Positions 63,827-64,000 of a DNA stretch of 64,000 bases are shown in pieces. Origin of the DNA: Felis catus (lineage: Eukaryota); assembly GCF_018350175.1 (NCBI RefSeq), contig NC_058368.1, positions 90,956,001 to 91,020,000 of the forward strand, given 5' to 3'. Under the pieces are notes generated by a model. The model searched no databases, was not told the origin of the DNA, and saw only the letters and a list, made by a program, of their open reading frames with translations. The position numbers were made by a program, and so were the translations under genes. Each line of letters begins with the position of its first letter. The first letter of the stretch is position 1.

Positions 63827-64000
63827 GTGAGTGAGCTGGTGGCTTCCAGACACAGTGGAGCCTGCCCAACTCTCGTGATCTCTGTGGGGTGAATGGGGAC
63901 CCTCCAGTGAGGCACAGGTCTCCTCTGAAAGCCAAAACCTTGGTGCCTGTCCCCAGCTCGGCCCGTGGTACCTGGAAGAGACAAGAAACTCGTGAGCCTC

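Overview
Mammalian genomic DNA, almost certainly from a felid, judging by the dense carnivore/felid tRNA-derived CAN-SINEs and a felid-type L1. The whole window lies inside the ADAMTS2 (procollagen I N-proteinase) gene on the + strand. Only two coding exons are present: 39612-39814 (203 nt; end of prodomain, furin site, start of the metalloprotease domain) and 63743-63826 (84 nt). They splice in frame across a ~23.9 kb intron. The rest is intron filled with L1/HAL1/L2/MIR/SINE/MaLR/hAT remnants and microsatellites, and nearly all ORF-track entries are noise or L1 debris. The most unusual structure is a 1.3 kb inverted duplication of mostly non-transposon DNA (33947-35248 vs 37458-38759; about 18 mismatches by manual count, ~98.6% identical, no indels seen). 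It flanks a 2.2 kb spacer ~850 bp upstream of the first exon, and its mismatches cluster at the arm ends, which suggests arm-to-arm gene conversion or recurrent inversion. Also notable: a C8 run at the exon start where +1 slippage gives an immediate stop, several homeodomain-motif-rich candidate enhancers, an unexplained 39-bp direct repeat, and nested or same-site retrotransposon insertions. Repeat subfamily names come from recognising consensus-like sequence by eye, not from a search, and old-repeat boundaries are approximate.
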